DNA of 64,000 nt from Candidatus Nomurabacteria bacterium (GCA_023898585.1 CP060229.1:662587-726586), one strand, 5' to 3'. Positions 31,248-40,050 are shown, counted from the first letter of the stretch. Made by a program: numbers and translations. The notes: generated from the sequence alone by a model not told the origin.

Positions 31248-31481
31248 ATGGTTGACCAAATACTAATAGCAGGATTGAGTGGACTGTTGATTATCGCTAT
31301 AGTCCACGGACTTGCGGTGTTTTCTAAAATTATCAAGATGAAAAATCAATCAAGTATTACTTTGATTGAATCAGTGAAGCAATCTAAACTTGGCGCTCTG
31401 TCTTGGGTAACACTCACTATCTTTGTGTTGTTTTTAGCCATGATTATCTTTGGAATCGGGGCTTCTGCTATTCTTGGATAA
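31248..31481 (+). CDS. Small 2-TM membrane protein
   Basis: 77 aa, two hydrophobic helices. Confidence 0.45.
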   Translation: MVDQILIAGLSGLLIIAIVHGLAVFSKIIKMKNQSSITLIESVKQSKLGALSWVTLTIFVLFLAMIIFGIGASAILG

Positions 31482-31503
31482 CCAAGCTTAACCAAGGTTA
31501 ACT

Positions 31504-31737
31504 ATGGCTAAATATGTCGACATCACTGGCCATGTGAAGTTTTTAAATACAAAAGATGGTCATGGAGCAGTCATGCCAAATGTTCTTGTCGGTGCTCACA
31601 ATCAACTTATATTTTTTACCCAAGAAAACACAGAAGATTGGGACCGTCTTAAGCGAGGAAGTATCGTCATGACAGATGTTAAATCAGAGAACGGAAAACT
31701 ATACGCAAACAACTTGTCTCTGCTTCAAATTTCCTAG
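31504..31737 (+). CDS. Degenerate cold-shock-domain (OB-fold) protein
   Basis: GHVKFLNTKDGHGAV...QLIFF...LKRGSIVMTDV...NGKLYANNLSLL aligns with CspA G.VKWFN..KGFGFI...VFVHF...L.EGQ.V.F.....KGP.A.NV, but most RNP aromatic residues are substituted. Confidence 0.45.
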   Translation: MAKYVDITGHVKFLNTKDGHGAVMPNVLVGAHNQLIFFTQENTEDWDRLKRGSIVMTDVKSENGKLYANNLSLLQIS

Positions 31738-31739
31738 AT

Positions 31740-32102
31740 TTAGCTAGTTTCTGCCAAATCACCAAGGAGTTGGCCGATTGTAATGTTTACTCCAGATTCC
31801 TTCTCTTTAGTAAGAATATTTAGAGCTGTATAAATAATACGGCGGTCTGCCGAACCTGCTGATGTTGGACGAGACGCAGACTTAATCAAAGCATCATTTA
31901 TTCGTGGCAAAACTGCACCTATTTGCTCAACAAAACCCTGTTTCAGTAGTTCTTCCCGAATCAGCTCTTTTTCAACCTCCTCGACCTTTTTACGCCTTGT
32001 ACGGTAAGTCGTTGGACGCTCTGAAACAGCAGCCTTCTGACTAGCTTTCTTGCGGATTTCTGGGTTTTGAAAGTTAAATTTTTTTACGCTCATTTCAAGC
32101 AT
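31740..32102 (-). CDS. Hypothetical basic protein
   Basis: 120 aa, Lys/Arg-rich N-terminus, divergent from the OLD nuclease gene. Confidence 0.4.
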   Translation of the reverse strand: MLEMSVKKFNFQNPEIRKKASQKAAVSERPTTYRTRRKKVEEVEKELIREELLKQGFVEQIGAVLPRINDALIKSASRPTSAGSADRRIIYTALNILTKEKESGVNITIGQLLGDLAETS

Positions 32103-32115
32103 TATATCATCAACA

Positions 32116-32146
32116 TTGTGCCAGTTTTCCTAGAAAATGGTAAAAT
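32116..32146 (+). promoter_or_regulatory. Candidate promoter giving a leaderless or very short-leader transcript for the OLD-family gene
   Basis: TTGTGC-19 nt-TGgTAAAAT, with the ATG 7 nt downstream of the -10. Confidence 0.3.
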
Positions 32147-32153
32147 CACGCTA

Positions 32154-34043
32154 ATGATTTTTAAAGAACTAAAATTGTCTTCAAGAGGTCTTGAAAATTA
32201 CGTTATTTTAGGTAGTAGTGATGAAAAAATTTTAAAAAATCTCTCAAAAATAAACATATTTGTAGGACAAAATAATTCAGGTAAGAGTAGATTTTTACGT
32301 GGACTATCAATGTTTGAAGAATATGAGTTTATTCCAAAAGATTTTGATTATGATGGCGCAACTCAATTTGCCAACGAAGCAGTTAAACGCATTGACGAGA
32401 TACTAAAAAATCATAATTCAAACACTCTTGGCGATATTCAAAGCAAGTTTTTATCCGCTGTCCAGCCGAACAGTTTTTTTAAGCCGAAAAATAATAGTTT
32501 ACATCGACTAGATGAGCTATTTAGCTATATTTCTAGAACAACTCTAAACAATGTCCCTCATAACGGTCAAAATATGGAACGTTGTGTAGAAACTTTAAAA
32601 ACTTATGTAACAAGTCAAAGGGAGACTTTGAATAAATATCTTGAAGAATTAAAAGATAAAGATTCTGGAAAGTATGTGAGGATGTATGTTCCTGTTATGC
32701 GAGGTTTACGCCCCCCGAGAGTAGGTAATCATAATGATGATGACTATTTTAATAGAACGAACTCTGATTATTATGGGGGTAGTGTAGGCTCTGGTGATTT
32801 AACAAACAATCAAATTTTTTCAGGCCTGTCTTTGTATGAGAATATAAGAAAACGGTTGCTTGGTTCGCAGGAAGAAAGAAAGTTAGTTAGAGATTTCGAG
32901 ATTTTCTTGAGTGAAAATTTCTTTGATGGAGAACCTATTACTCTCATCCCAGCTCATGATGCTGATGTGTTGACAGTGAGTATCGGAAAAATTGAAAACA
33001 AGAGAATTTATGAGCTGGGTGACGGTATACAGAGTCTTATAATCCTCAACTATCCAATTTTTGAATTCGTGAGAAGCAGGCCAAAAGATTCACTGTTGGT
33101 TTTTATTGAAGAGCCAGAGCTTTATGTGCATCCAGGTTTACAAAGAAAGCTGTTGGAACAATGGCAAAAATCGGGGTATGAGAAGGTGCAATTTTTTGTT
33201 ACAACTCATTCGAATCACTTCCTTGACATGACGATAGATTTTAGTGACATGTCTATTTTTAAGATTTCTTTACATGGATATAACGAAAGTTATAAAGAAA
33301 ATGAGTTTGTGGTCGAAAATTTAAGCTCGGGTGATAAGAGTTTGCTTGAATCTCTAGGTGTTAGGAATTCTTCAGTATTCCTCTCAAATGCAACGATATG
33401 GGTGGAAGGCATCTCTGACCGAATTTATTTTAGAAAGTTTCTAGAACTATATCTAAAAAAGAAAGGCGAGTCTTTAACATATTTAGAAGATACACACTAT
33501 TCCTTTGTTGAATACGGTGGCGGCAATCTACCGCACTGGTCATTTGACGAGGATGGCTCTGATGATGACTCCATAGATGTTAGCAGGATAGTTTCAAATA
33601 TCTATCTTGTCGCAGATAGGGATGACACAGAAACTAATACATCATCTGCAAAAGCGAAAAGACTTGCTCATCTAAAAAAGATTTTAGGTCCAAAGAATAG
33701 TACCGTCTTACCGGTTAGAGAAACCGAAAATCTCATAACTTTTGAATTACTGTCTAAAGTTATTGCAAGCCGAGGAGATTCACTTAAAGAAAAATTAAAG
33801 CTTGATACAGTCCGAGAAAAATTAAAGAGTGAGTACCTTGGACACTATATAGAGTCCAAGTTACTAGTTGGTGACCCAAAGAAGCGGTATTGCTCAAGTA
33901 CATCAAAAACAATTAAAAATAAAGCTAGTTTTGCCAAAGAAGTATGCGAGCAACTTAAATCATTTGATGAATTGAGTGACGGAGCAAAAAAGTTGACTAG
34001 GTCATTGTATAGGTTCATTGTTAAGACAAATACTGATGAGTGA
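32154..34043 (+). CDS. OLD-family nuclease: N-terminal ABC-type ATPase plus C-terminal Toprim domain
   Basis: Walker A GQNNSGKS, a long insertion, then Walker B/D-loop LLVFIEEPELYVHPGLQRKL and H-loop FFVTTHSNH. Toprim motifs ATIWVEGISDRIYF (Glu), YLVADRDDTE (DxD) and LPVRETENL follow. The start is trimmed to the ATG at 32154. Confidence 0.75.
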   Translation: MIFKELKLSSRGLENYVILGSSDEKILKNLSKINIFVGQNNSGKSRFLRGLSMFEEYEFIPKDFDYDGATQFANEAVKRIDEILKNHNSNTLGDIQSKFLSAVQPNSFFKPKNNSLHRLDELFSYISRTTLNNVPHNGQNMERCVETLKTYVTSQRETLNKYLEELKDKDSGKYVRMYVPVMRGLRPPRVGNHNDDDYFNRTNSDYYGGSVGSGDLTNNQIFSGLSLYENIRKRLLGSQEERKLVRDFEIFLSENFFDGEPITLIPAHDADVLTVSIGKIENKRIYELGDGIQSLIILNYPIFEFVRSRPKDSLLVFIEEPELYVHPGLQRKLLEQWQKSGYEKVQFFVTTHSNHFLDMTIDFSDMSIFKISLHGYNESYKENEFVVENLSSGDKSLLESLGVRNSSVFLSNATIWVEGISDRIYFRKFLELYLKKKGESLTYLEDTHYSFVEYGGGNLPHWSFDEDGSDDDSIDVSRIVSNIYLVADRDDTETNTSSAKAKRLAHLKKILGPKNSTVLPVRETENLITFELLSKVIASRGDSLKEKLKLDTVREKLKSEYLGHYIESKLLVGDPKKRYCSSTSKTIKNKASFAKEVCEQLKSFDELSDGAKKLTRSLYRFIVKTNTDE

Positions 34044-34335
34044 TATTTTTACACAAGTTGTTGGAATGATTATCGGGACCGTGCTGCTCGGGTGGTTTGG
34101 GTTGGGTGGCGGTCATAGGACTGTAACAGTTGTTTCTAGAACAAGACAGTCAAAGAAATGGAAACTGGCAATTATTTTTGGAATTCTAATGATTCTGGGA
34201 GGTGCTGTTATATTCAGTAATAATTATCCACTTGGAGGTTTTAATAACCCTTATAGTGGGCTAGGTTTTTCGCTGGCCTTCCTTGGAGTAGTCACTTACC
34301 TAGTTGGAAAGTTTGGAGTTTGGTGGAATAGATAA
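34018..34335 (+). CDS. Small 3-TM membrane protein, translationally coupled to the OLD-family gene
   Basis: 105 aa; 26-nt overlap with the OLD ORF end; Gly-rich TM helices. Confidence 0.45.
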   Translation: MLRQILMSDIFTQVVGMIIGTVLLGWFGLGGGHRTVTVVSRTRQSKKWKLAIIFGILMILGGAVIFSNNYPLGGFNNPYSGLGFSLAFLGVVTYLVGKFGVWWNR

Positions 34336-34336
34336 T

Positions 34337-35149
34337 TTACTGTTTAGTTGATGACTTTGTTGAGGATGTTTTTGAGCGGTCTTTTACACATTCCGTTTGT
34401 TTGGTATTCCATTTATAGCCGTCTTTGCATGTACACTGGTCTTCTCCATACGGAGCTGATTTTGAACCAAATTCAGCTTTGCAAATACGCTCCAGAGTCA
34501 CACAAGAATTCTTTAGCACAAAGAAACCATCGTTACAGTACAGGGTCGAACCAACAATCTTTCCATTATTCGGTTTTTCACATTTATCACCCTTTTCGAT
34601 GTAGCCAGAATCACAATATAAAGTGTCGCCAATCACATACCCGTTCTTTGGTTGCTTCACACACTTATCATTTTTCTCATAATATCCAGAGTCACAGTAG
34701 GTAACTCCGTATGACTTCCAGCCACCTTTAATTTCCTTGTAAATGTAATCTGAACTTAAGCTAGAATACCCTGAATAACTTGGCACATACGATGAGTACG
34801 ATGATTTATATGAAGGTGTATATGATGGCGTATAGCTAGGAGTATATGAAGGGAATGTGTATGAGGAGCGATATGTTGGAAGCGAAAATCCTGATGAACC
34901 ACTATTGTTGTAGTAGTTATTGAGATAGGTGCTTGCATTACCACCTGCTGTAACTCCAGTGTACGGATTGGTGTTTCCTGGGAAGCTGAAATTGTTGTAT
35001 GGATTACCGTCTGGGGTAGAACGCCAATAGCCATTTACGTACGTCCCGTTACTTCGGTAGTATCCGTTGACGTATTGGTCGGCTAAAACGGTGCCGAAGC
35101 TACCAAAAATGACCCCAAATGAGAGCAGAATAGTGATAATGTATTTCAT
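34337..35149 (-). CDS. Secreted Tyr/Ser/Asn-rich protein with C-terminal cysteine-repeat modules
   Basis: Signal peptide; YVNGYYRS/YVNGYWRS; (SYTP)3SYKSSYSSYVPSY; and three YCDSGYxEKxDKC-type repeats. Confidence 0.55.
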   Translation of the reverse strand: MKYIITILLSFGVIFGSFGTVLADQYVNGYYRSNGTYVNGYWRSTPDGNPYNNFSFPGNTNPYTGVTAGGNASTYLNNYYNNSGSSGFSLPTYRSSYTFPSYTPSYTPSYTPSYKSSYSSYVPSYSGYSSLSSDYIYKEIKGGWKSYGVTYCDSGYYEKNDKCVKQPKNGYVIGDTLYCDSGYIEKGDKCEKPNNGKIVGSTLYCNDGFFVLKNSCVTLERICKAEFGSKSAPYGEDQCTCKDGYKWNTKQTECVKDRSKTSSTKSSTKQ

Positions 35150-35280
35150 ATATAAAAATCATATACCTCTTTAAAGAAAAAGCTAGGGACCTGTACAAAC
35201 AGTCATTCTTATTATATTCTGCGTCCAGCTTCTGGGCTTGAGCCCTATAAGTTCAACACATCATCAAGAAGGAGTACGAA

Positions 35281-35913
35281 ATGAACGATATCGCCAAGAT
35301 TTCTGTTCCATCCTATGGCGGAACTGGGTCGGCCAAAGACGGCCTGCATGTTGATGTCAGGGGCCTGACATCTGATGAGATGGAACGCCTACGTGCGTCC
35401 ATGCTCGGAGGTCATCACTGGGTTCGACGCGGCGATGATGGTCGTTTGCAGCATGTTCCTTCATACGAAGAACTGCCTGGTCCTGTGACTGACGACCAAA
35501 TGCTCCCGTTCTGGCGTCAGCCGACTGATGGCGAAACCCGTCAAGCAGACATGTTCGGTTTCGACGAAAGCACTGAAGCGGCCTTGAAGCATGCTAGTCC
35601 GTCCATCTACATCACCAGCTTGTGCGGCTACCACTATTCGGATGAAAATTACAAGTGTGAAGCGGCCAAGTTGACCGAATGGGGTTTCGTCTGCATGCGG
35701 TCGCCGCGCGATTCTGACAGTGGGCGGTACTGGGAAGTCTGGTACCTGTCTGGTGTTTGGGCAGTCAAGGGGCGCCTGGGCGAAGCATTGACAGACAGCA
35801 ATGCAAAGACCAACGACGAAAAATTCAAGTTCGTTCTCGAATTTCTTCGTCGTAACGCCAGCTTCGGCAGCTTGGACGTTTCCATGCAACGTATGGCAAT
35901 GGTCATGGACTGA
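35281..35913 (+). CDS. Hypothetical protein encoded in a GC-rich (~55%) insert
   Basis: AAGGAG lies 9 nt upstream. The codon usage is G/C3-rich, unlike the flanks. No recognisable domain. Confidence 0.55.
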   Translation: MNDIAKISVPSYGGTGSAKDGLHVDVRGLTSDEMERLRASMLGGHHWVRRGDDGRLQHVPSYEELPGPVTDDQMLPFWRQPTDGETRQADMFGFDESTEAALKHASPSIYITSLCGYHYSDENYKCEAAKLTEWGFVCMRSPRDSDSGRYWEVWYLSGVWAVKGRLGEALTDSNAKTNDEKFKFVLEFLRRNASFGSLDVSMQRMAMVMD

Positions 35914-36052
35914 CTCGCTCACACCCTCCGCCAAGAAAGCATCCTGCTTTCAGTAATGGCGGTGGGGTGTTTTCTTTTATCACAAGAATCCAGCGCCATT
36001 TTTACCCATAATTACTGACCGAACGTCGTCCCAAGTTCGGAGCAGAATATTT

Positions 36053-36080
36053 AGTGCGTAATTTAAATTACGCACTTTTT
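36053..36080. terminator. Bidirectional terminator: 24-bp perfect palindrome plus T-run
   Basis: agtgcgtaattt|aaattacgcact followed by ttttt. It overlaps the stop codon of the TerC-like gene. Confidence 0.5.
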
Positions 36081-37057
36081 CTATGACGCAGAGATGAATA
36101 GTAAGCGGCTAAGACAAAAGAAACACCAACGGTGCCCGTAATCAACTCCGGTACTTCTGTCAACATAGAAACCAGCATGGAAATAGCCAGACCAAAAATA
36201 GCCCAGTGTGCGCCATGCTCCAGGTATTTGAGTTTGTCTAAAGTTTTTTCCCGAACCATGAATATAGTCAAAGAACGAACAAAAAAGGCACCGATACCGA
36301 GTCCGATGGCAATAATTAATATCGAAGAGGTTAGCGCAAACGCTCCAATGACGCCATCAAGCGAAAATGAAGCATCGAGTATTTCAAGGTATAAAAATAA
36401 CGCAAGGCAGTTTGTTGTCATTTGGTTTGTTTCCACTGAAAAAGTGTTGGTCAAACCTTGCATGAATATGAATAGTATTATGCCGAAGACGCCTGCCATC
36501 ATAACGGTTGCTTTGACTTCTTGTGGCACGAGGAAAGCAATTGAAGTTATTGCCAGTAAGACAAGTACAATCTCCACTGACTCTATTCGGCCCCATTTAA
36601 TCAACCTTTTCTCTATGATGTTTATCCAGTGCAACTCCTTCTTCTTGTCTAAGAAATATTTAAGCGCAACGAGGAGAAGGAATGATGCTCCAAAACCATG
36701 GATGGCATATTTTGCTCCTTCCAGGAGTTCTCCATAATGATGCGCATCGAAAAGTGCCATCTGCATAATTAGCCAAGGTGAAGATAAAGTCACTAAGCTA
36801 ACTATTACAATAGGTAACACAAAGCGGGTGACAAAAACAGCAAGCAAAATACCCCAGGTCAAGAACCGACGTTGCCAGGTTGGAGTCATTTTTTCCAAGA
36901 CACGAGCGTTTACAACCGCGTTATCAAACGAGAGAGTGACTTCCAGTAAGACAAGCAAGACGGCAATAAAGAGCGCCTCCCACGAACCATACCAAAAGAG
37001 AGCAACTAGTCCTAAAATGGTTACCAATATGGAACCCTTAAAATGTTTGAGTAACAT
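36068..37057 (-). CDS. TerC-family integral membrane protein
   Basis: EVTLSFDNAVVNA motif, ~8 TM helices, 329 aa. Confidence 0.65.
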   Translation of the reverse strand: MLLKHFKGSILVTILGLVALFWYGSWEALFIAVLLVLLEVTLSFDNAVVNARVLEKMTPTWQRRFLTWGILLAVFVTRFVLPIVIVSLVTLSSPWLIMQMALFDAHHYGELLEGAKYAIHGFGASFLLLVALKYFLDKKKELHWINIIEKRLIKWGRIESVEIVLVLLAITSIAFLVPQEVKATVMMAGVFGIILFIFMQGLTNTFSVETNQMTTNCLALFLYLEILDASFSLDGVIGAFALTSSILIIAIGLGIGAFFVRSLTIFMVREKTLDKLKYLEHGAHWAIFGLAISMLVSMLTEVPELITGTVGVSFVLAAYYSSLRHRKSA

Positions 37058-37280
37058 GTGTGCAAAATTCTAACATGAAGTATGGTCGGTGTAATTAAGA
37101 AAAAATGGAAATGGGAGGAAATCAGGTCATAAGGAAATAGAGAGGAAATGGGGCCAAGTCACTACTAATGAAGTCTTGGCGAATGAGGTGAGTGCTGTCC
37201 AATGGGGAAGTAAGGAGGTTTTGTCTATTACGGTCTGCAATGATTGATCTTAACTCAATAAGCGGGGTATACTTCTGAAT

Positions 37281-37724
37281 ATGAAAAAATTAACCTACAC
37301 AATAAAAATCAATAAGCCGGTGGAATTTGTTTTTGGCAAAATGACAGACAAAGAAGCCTATCCAGGATGGGCTAAGGCGTGGGGTGAAGGAATGGCATAT
37401 GAGGGGGAGTGGAAAGAAGGTGGTCACATCTCATTCTTTGATACTTCAGGTCAAGGTACGAAGGTGGTGGTGGAAGAAATCGTGCCTAACGTATCAATAA
37501 AAATGAAGCATGTCGCTATGATTGAAGAAGGAAATAAGGAAGTGAAAGGGCTCGATGAAACGATGCAAAAATGGATCGGTTCGCAAGAAGACTACTTCTT
37601 CAATGCACTAAGTGGAGATGAGACCGAATTGAAGATTGTCATTGAAGCTGATGAAGCTTTTGAAGAAATGATGCAAGCCTGGCCCAAGGCATTGGAATAT
37701 TTAAAGGAAATCTGCGAAGCGTAA
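37281..37724 (+). CDS. SRPBCC (AHSA1/Bet v1-like) domain protein
   Basis: 147 aa; fold signature INKPVEFVF...W. Confidence 0.5.
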   Translation: MKKLTYTIKINKPVEFVFGKMTDKEAYPGWAKAWGEGMAYEGEWKEGGHISFFDTSGQGTKVVVEEIVPNVSIKMKHVAMIEEGNKEVKGLDETMQKWIGSQEDYFFNALSGDETELKIVIEADEAFEEMMQAWPKALEYLKEICEA

Positions 37725-37764
37725 CAAGACATATGTATATTGTTTAATAAAGACAGAGAGTTGT

Positions 37765-38307
37765 ATGAAAAAGTACGTGGCGCTACTTCGGGGTATTAAC
37801 GTTGGTGGTAACAACAAGATCGGTATGTCCGAGCTCAAACAGTGTTTCGAGTCGTTGGGCTATAACAAAGTCTCAACCTACATAAACTCCGGAAACGTCA
37901 TATTTGAATCTCCAAAAACCGAAATCACTGAATTGGCTGGTGAAATTGAGACAGCGATTAAGGAGGCTTTCTCACTTGATATTTCAGTTGTGATCCGCGA
38001 TAAAAATAACATCGAAAAAATATGTCGCAAGATACCGGCCGACTGGGTTAACAATAAAGATTATAAGACTGACGTCATGTTTTTATGGCCGAAATTCGCT
38101 AGTAGGAATACACTTGAGCAGATACGTATCAACCCGCTTGTTGATACGTTACTTTATATTGAGGGTGCGATAGTCTGGCATCTTAAAAAGGAGGATTACG
38201 GAAAAAGTAAGATGGGAGACATTATAGGTACAAGTGTCTACAAAAACATGACCGTAAGAAATATTAATACTGTCAGAAAGCTTGCTTCGTTGATGAAGGA
38301 AGGGTAG
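37765..38307 (+). CDS. DUF1697 family protein
   Basis: LLRGINVGGNNKIGMSELK...TYINSGNVIF matches the DUF1697 hallmark. Confidence 0.7.
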   Translation: MKKYVALLRGINVGGNNKIGMSELKQCFESLGYNKVSTYINSGNVIFESPKTEITELAGEIETAIKEAFSLDISVVIRDKNNIEKICRKIPADWVNNKDYKTDVMFLWPKFASRNTLEQIRINPLVDTLLYIEGAIVWHLKKEDYGKSKMGDIIGTSVYKNMTVRNINTVRKLASLMKEG

Positions 38308-38515
38308 TTTGGTTTTTTGTGCAATAAGGTAGATTTTTTGTCATTTTTGACTCATTTTATTTTTTGTGGTGAAAAAAGTTATTCGACTTACTCTCTATAC
38401 AGAGAGGTTGCGTGGTCTTAAAATTATGTGTAGCGAGGGAACTCGTCTAAAACATTTAACTTAAGATGGCAACAAAGAAAGCAAAGAAAAAATAGTCTAA
38501 TTGTACTTTTTTTCA

Positions 38516-38548
38516 CAAAAAGCACGGACCCCCGGTCCGTGCTTTTTG
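38516..38548. terminator. Bidirectional rho-independent terminator
   Basis: aaaaagcacggacc-ccc-ggtccgtgcttttt, a perfect hairpin with A and T tracts on both sides. Confidence 0.7.
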
Positions 38549-38551
38549 CAT

Positions 38552-39298
38552 CTAAATTTCTCCCTTGAGAAACCGCCTTCTTATTTTTTCGGGAAATTTT
38601 TCAATGGCATATCTTAACATGGTGCGAGGCATCTGCTTATAGTGTCTTCGCAGGAATTTCATCTCGACATCTTGATCGCGCTTACCAACTTCACGCAACA
38701 TCCAACCGACTGCTTTGTGGATCAAATCATGATCATCGTTCAATAGAACTTTTGCGGTGTTAATTGTTTCGTTAAAACGATCTCGTTGAATAAAATAAGC
38801 TGTGGCTATGATCGCAATGCGTCTTTCCCAAATGTCGTCTGAATTGGCTAAACACTGTAAGGTCTCTTCCGCGTAAGACTTTGGTGCTTCATGGAGGTAT
38901 GCTCCCACGATCTTATGAGCTGAGATATCGACCAGATCCCAATTGTTGATATGTGTTGTGTGAGACAGGTAAGCGTCATAAATTTGTTTTTTTCCTCTCT
39001 CTGTAGAGACGATAAATTGTTCAGTGAGTATGACAAGTGCACATAACCTTTCGTCGTGGATCGTTGATTTAAGGAGCAAGATTACTTCTGTTAGTGAAAG
39101 TTTACGGTGAGTACTTGCTACCTTCCTGATATCCGGCATACGCACGCCTATAAAAATGTCCCCCTCGCCGTACTGACCGGGTCCGGTTTTGAAATAACGA
39201 CTGAGTGCCGAAGCATGTTGAGAACAAGCCTTGGTTTGTAGTTCGGATTTCACTGACTCTACTGCCGATAGCGAAATGTCATTTTCATTGATCGTCAT
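38552..39298 (-). CDS. DNA alkylation repair enzyme (AlkC/AlkD HEAT-like repeat family)
   Basis: 248 aa, PF08713-like pattern (RYFKTGPGQYGEGDIFIGVRMP...). Confidence 0.7.
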   Translation of the reverse strand: MTINENDISLSAVESVKSELQTKACSQHASALSRYFKTGPGQYGEGDIFIGVRMPDIRKVASTHRKLSLTEVILLLKSTIHDERLCALVILTEQFIVSTERGKKQIYDAYLSHTTHINNWDLVDISAHKIVGAYLHEAPKSYAEETLQCLANSDDIWERRIAIIATAYFIQRDRFNETINTAKVLLNDDHDLIHKAVGWMLREVGKRDQDVEMKFLRRHYKQMPRTMLRYAIEKFPEKIRRRFLKGEI

Positions 39299-39393
39299 AT
39301 CTCAAGATTATATAATAATCAGAATGAAGGTGTTTGGTTCGTGAATCCGGTAACATCTTATGTTAAGCTATTTATGTTTGTGATAGTTTATTT

Positions 39394-39870
39394 ATGCAAA
39401 ATAAAGATGTTGATGATTTGAAAAATAATTTAACAGCGGTTAACGACTATCTTTCGGGGATGTTGCCGGAAATTCGACTTGCGGTATTTGAATTGATTAA
39501 GCCATATATTGAAAAAGGCATACCTTTCTCTCAAGAACAGAAAAGAAAAGGAAGTGCAGTTAACACTAGTGTCAGGGATTTTTTTGTTACTCACGACCCA
39601 CAAAAACCAGCCGACGCCACGCTGATTTTAGCCGCCTGGCTCTATACTCAGCGTGGCAACACAGCATTCTCATTGGATGAATTGTACAAGTTGTTTGATG
39701 AAGTCGGTTCGCCGAGGCCGAATAAAGTAAATATGACACTAAGAACCTGTTCTAGAAAAGGTAAAATATTATTTATGAGCGCCGGCCATGGTAAATTCCG
39801 CCCCAATATCAACGGCGAAAATTATTTCAAAAGCGACATGAACCTAAGGCCGAGTGCGAGGGACACATAA
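39394..39870 (+). CDS. Hypothetical protein
   Basis: 158 aa, no recognisable motif. Confidence 0.4.
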   Translation: MQNKDVDDLKNNLTAVNDYLSGMLPEIRLAVFELIKPYIEKGIPFSQEQKRKGSAVNTSVRDFFVTHDPQKPADATLILAAWLYTQRGNTAFSLDELYKLFDEVGSPRPNKVNMTLRTCSRKGKILFMSAGHGKFRPNINGENYFKSDMNLRPSARDT

Positions 39871-40050
39871 TCTTCTTTTTTCAAAAGGTTTCAAAAGACA
39901 ATTGTCGAATACTCACACTTCTTATTGTGTGGTCATACAATCTTCCGCCTGTGAATGAAGAAGTTAACAATTTTTGTCATTGGCTAAATAAAAGAATAAT
40001 AAAAATCGGCACCAAGACGATGCCGACCTATTGCGTTAATGTCTATAACT

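Larger units (their letters stand above)
28527..35150. mobile_element. Putative tRNA-Asn-integrated element (serine-integrase type); right boundary uncertain
   Basis: The integrase abuts the tRNA 3' end and is followed by a run of small ORFan genes, an OLD-family nuclease and a secreted repeat protein. No long direct repeat is expected for serine integrases. Confidence 0.4.

Noticed and set aside
32154-34043. Calling the OLD-family gene a Gabija GajA or PARIS AriA/AriB
   Set aside because: No GajB/UvrD-like helicase gene is adjacent, and the Toprim is in the same polypeptide as the ATPase, so canonical Gabija or two-gene PARIS is not supported. I kept it as a generic OLD-family protein with a possible new partner.
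38467-38496. Mini-ORF ATGGCAACAAAGAAAGCAAAGAAAAAATAG (MATKKAKKK)
   Set aside because: Nine codons sitting in the A-rich arm region next to the terminator are too short and featureless to call.
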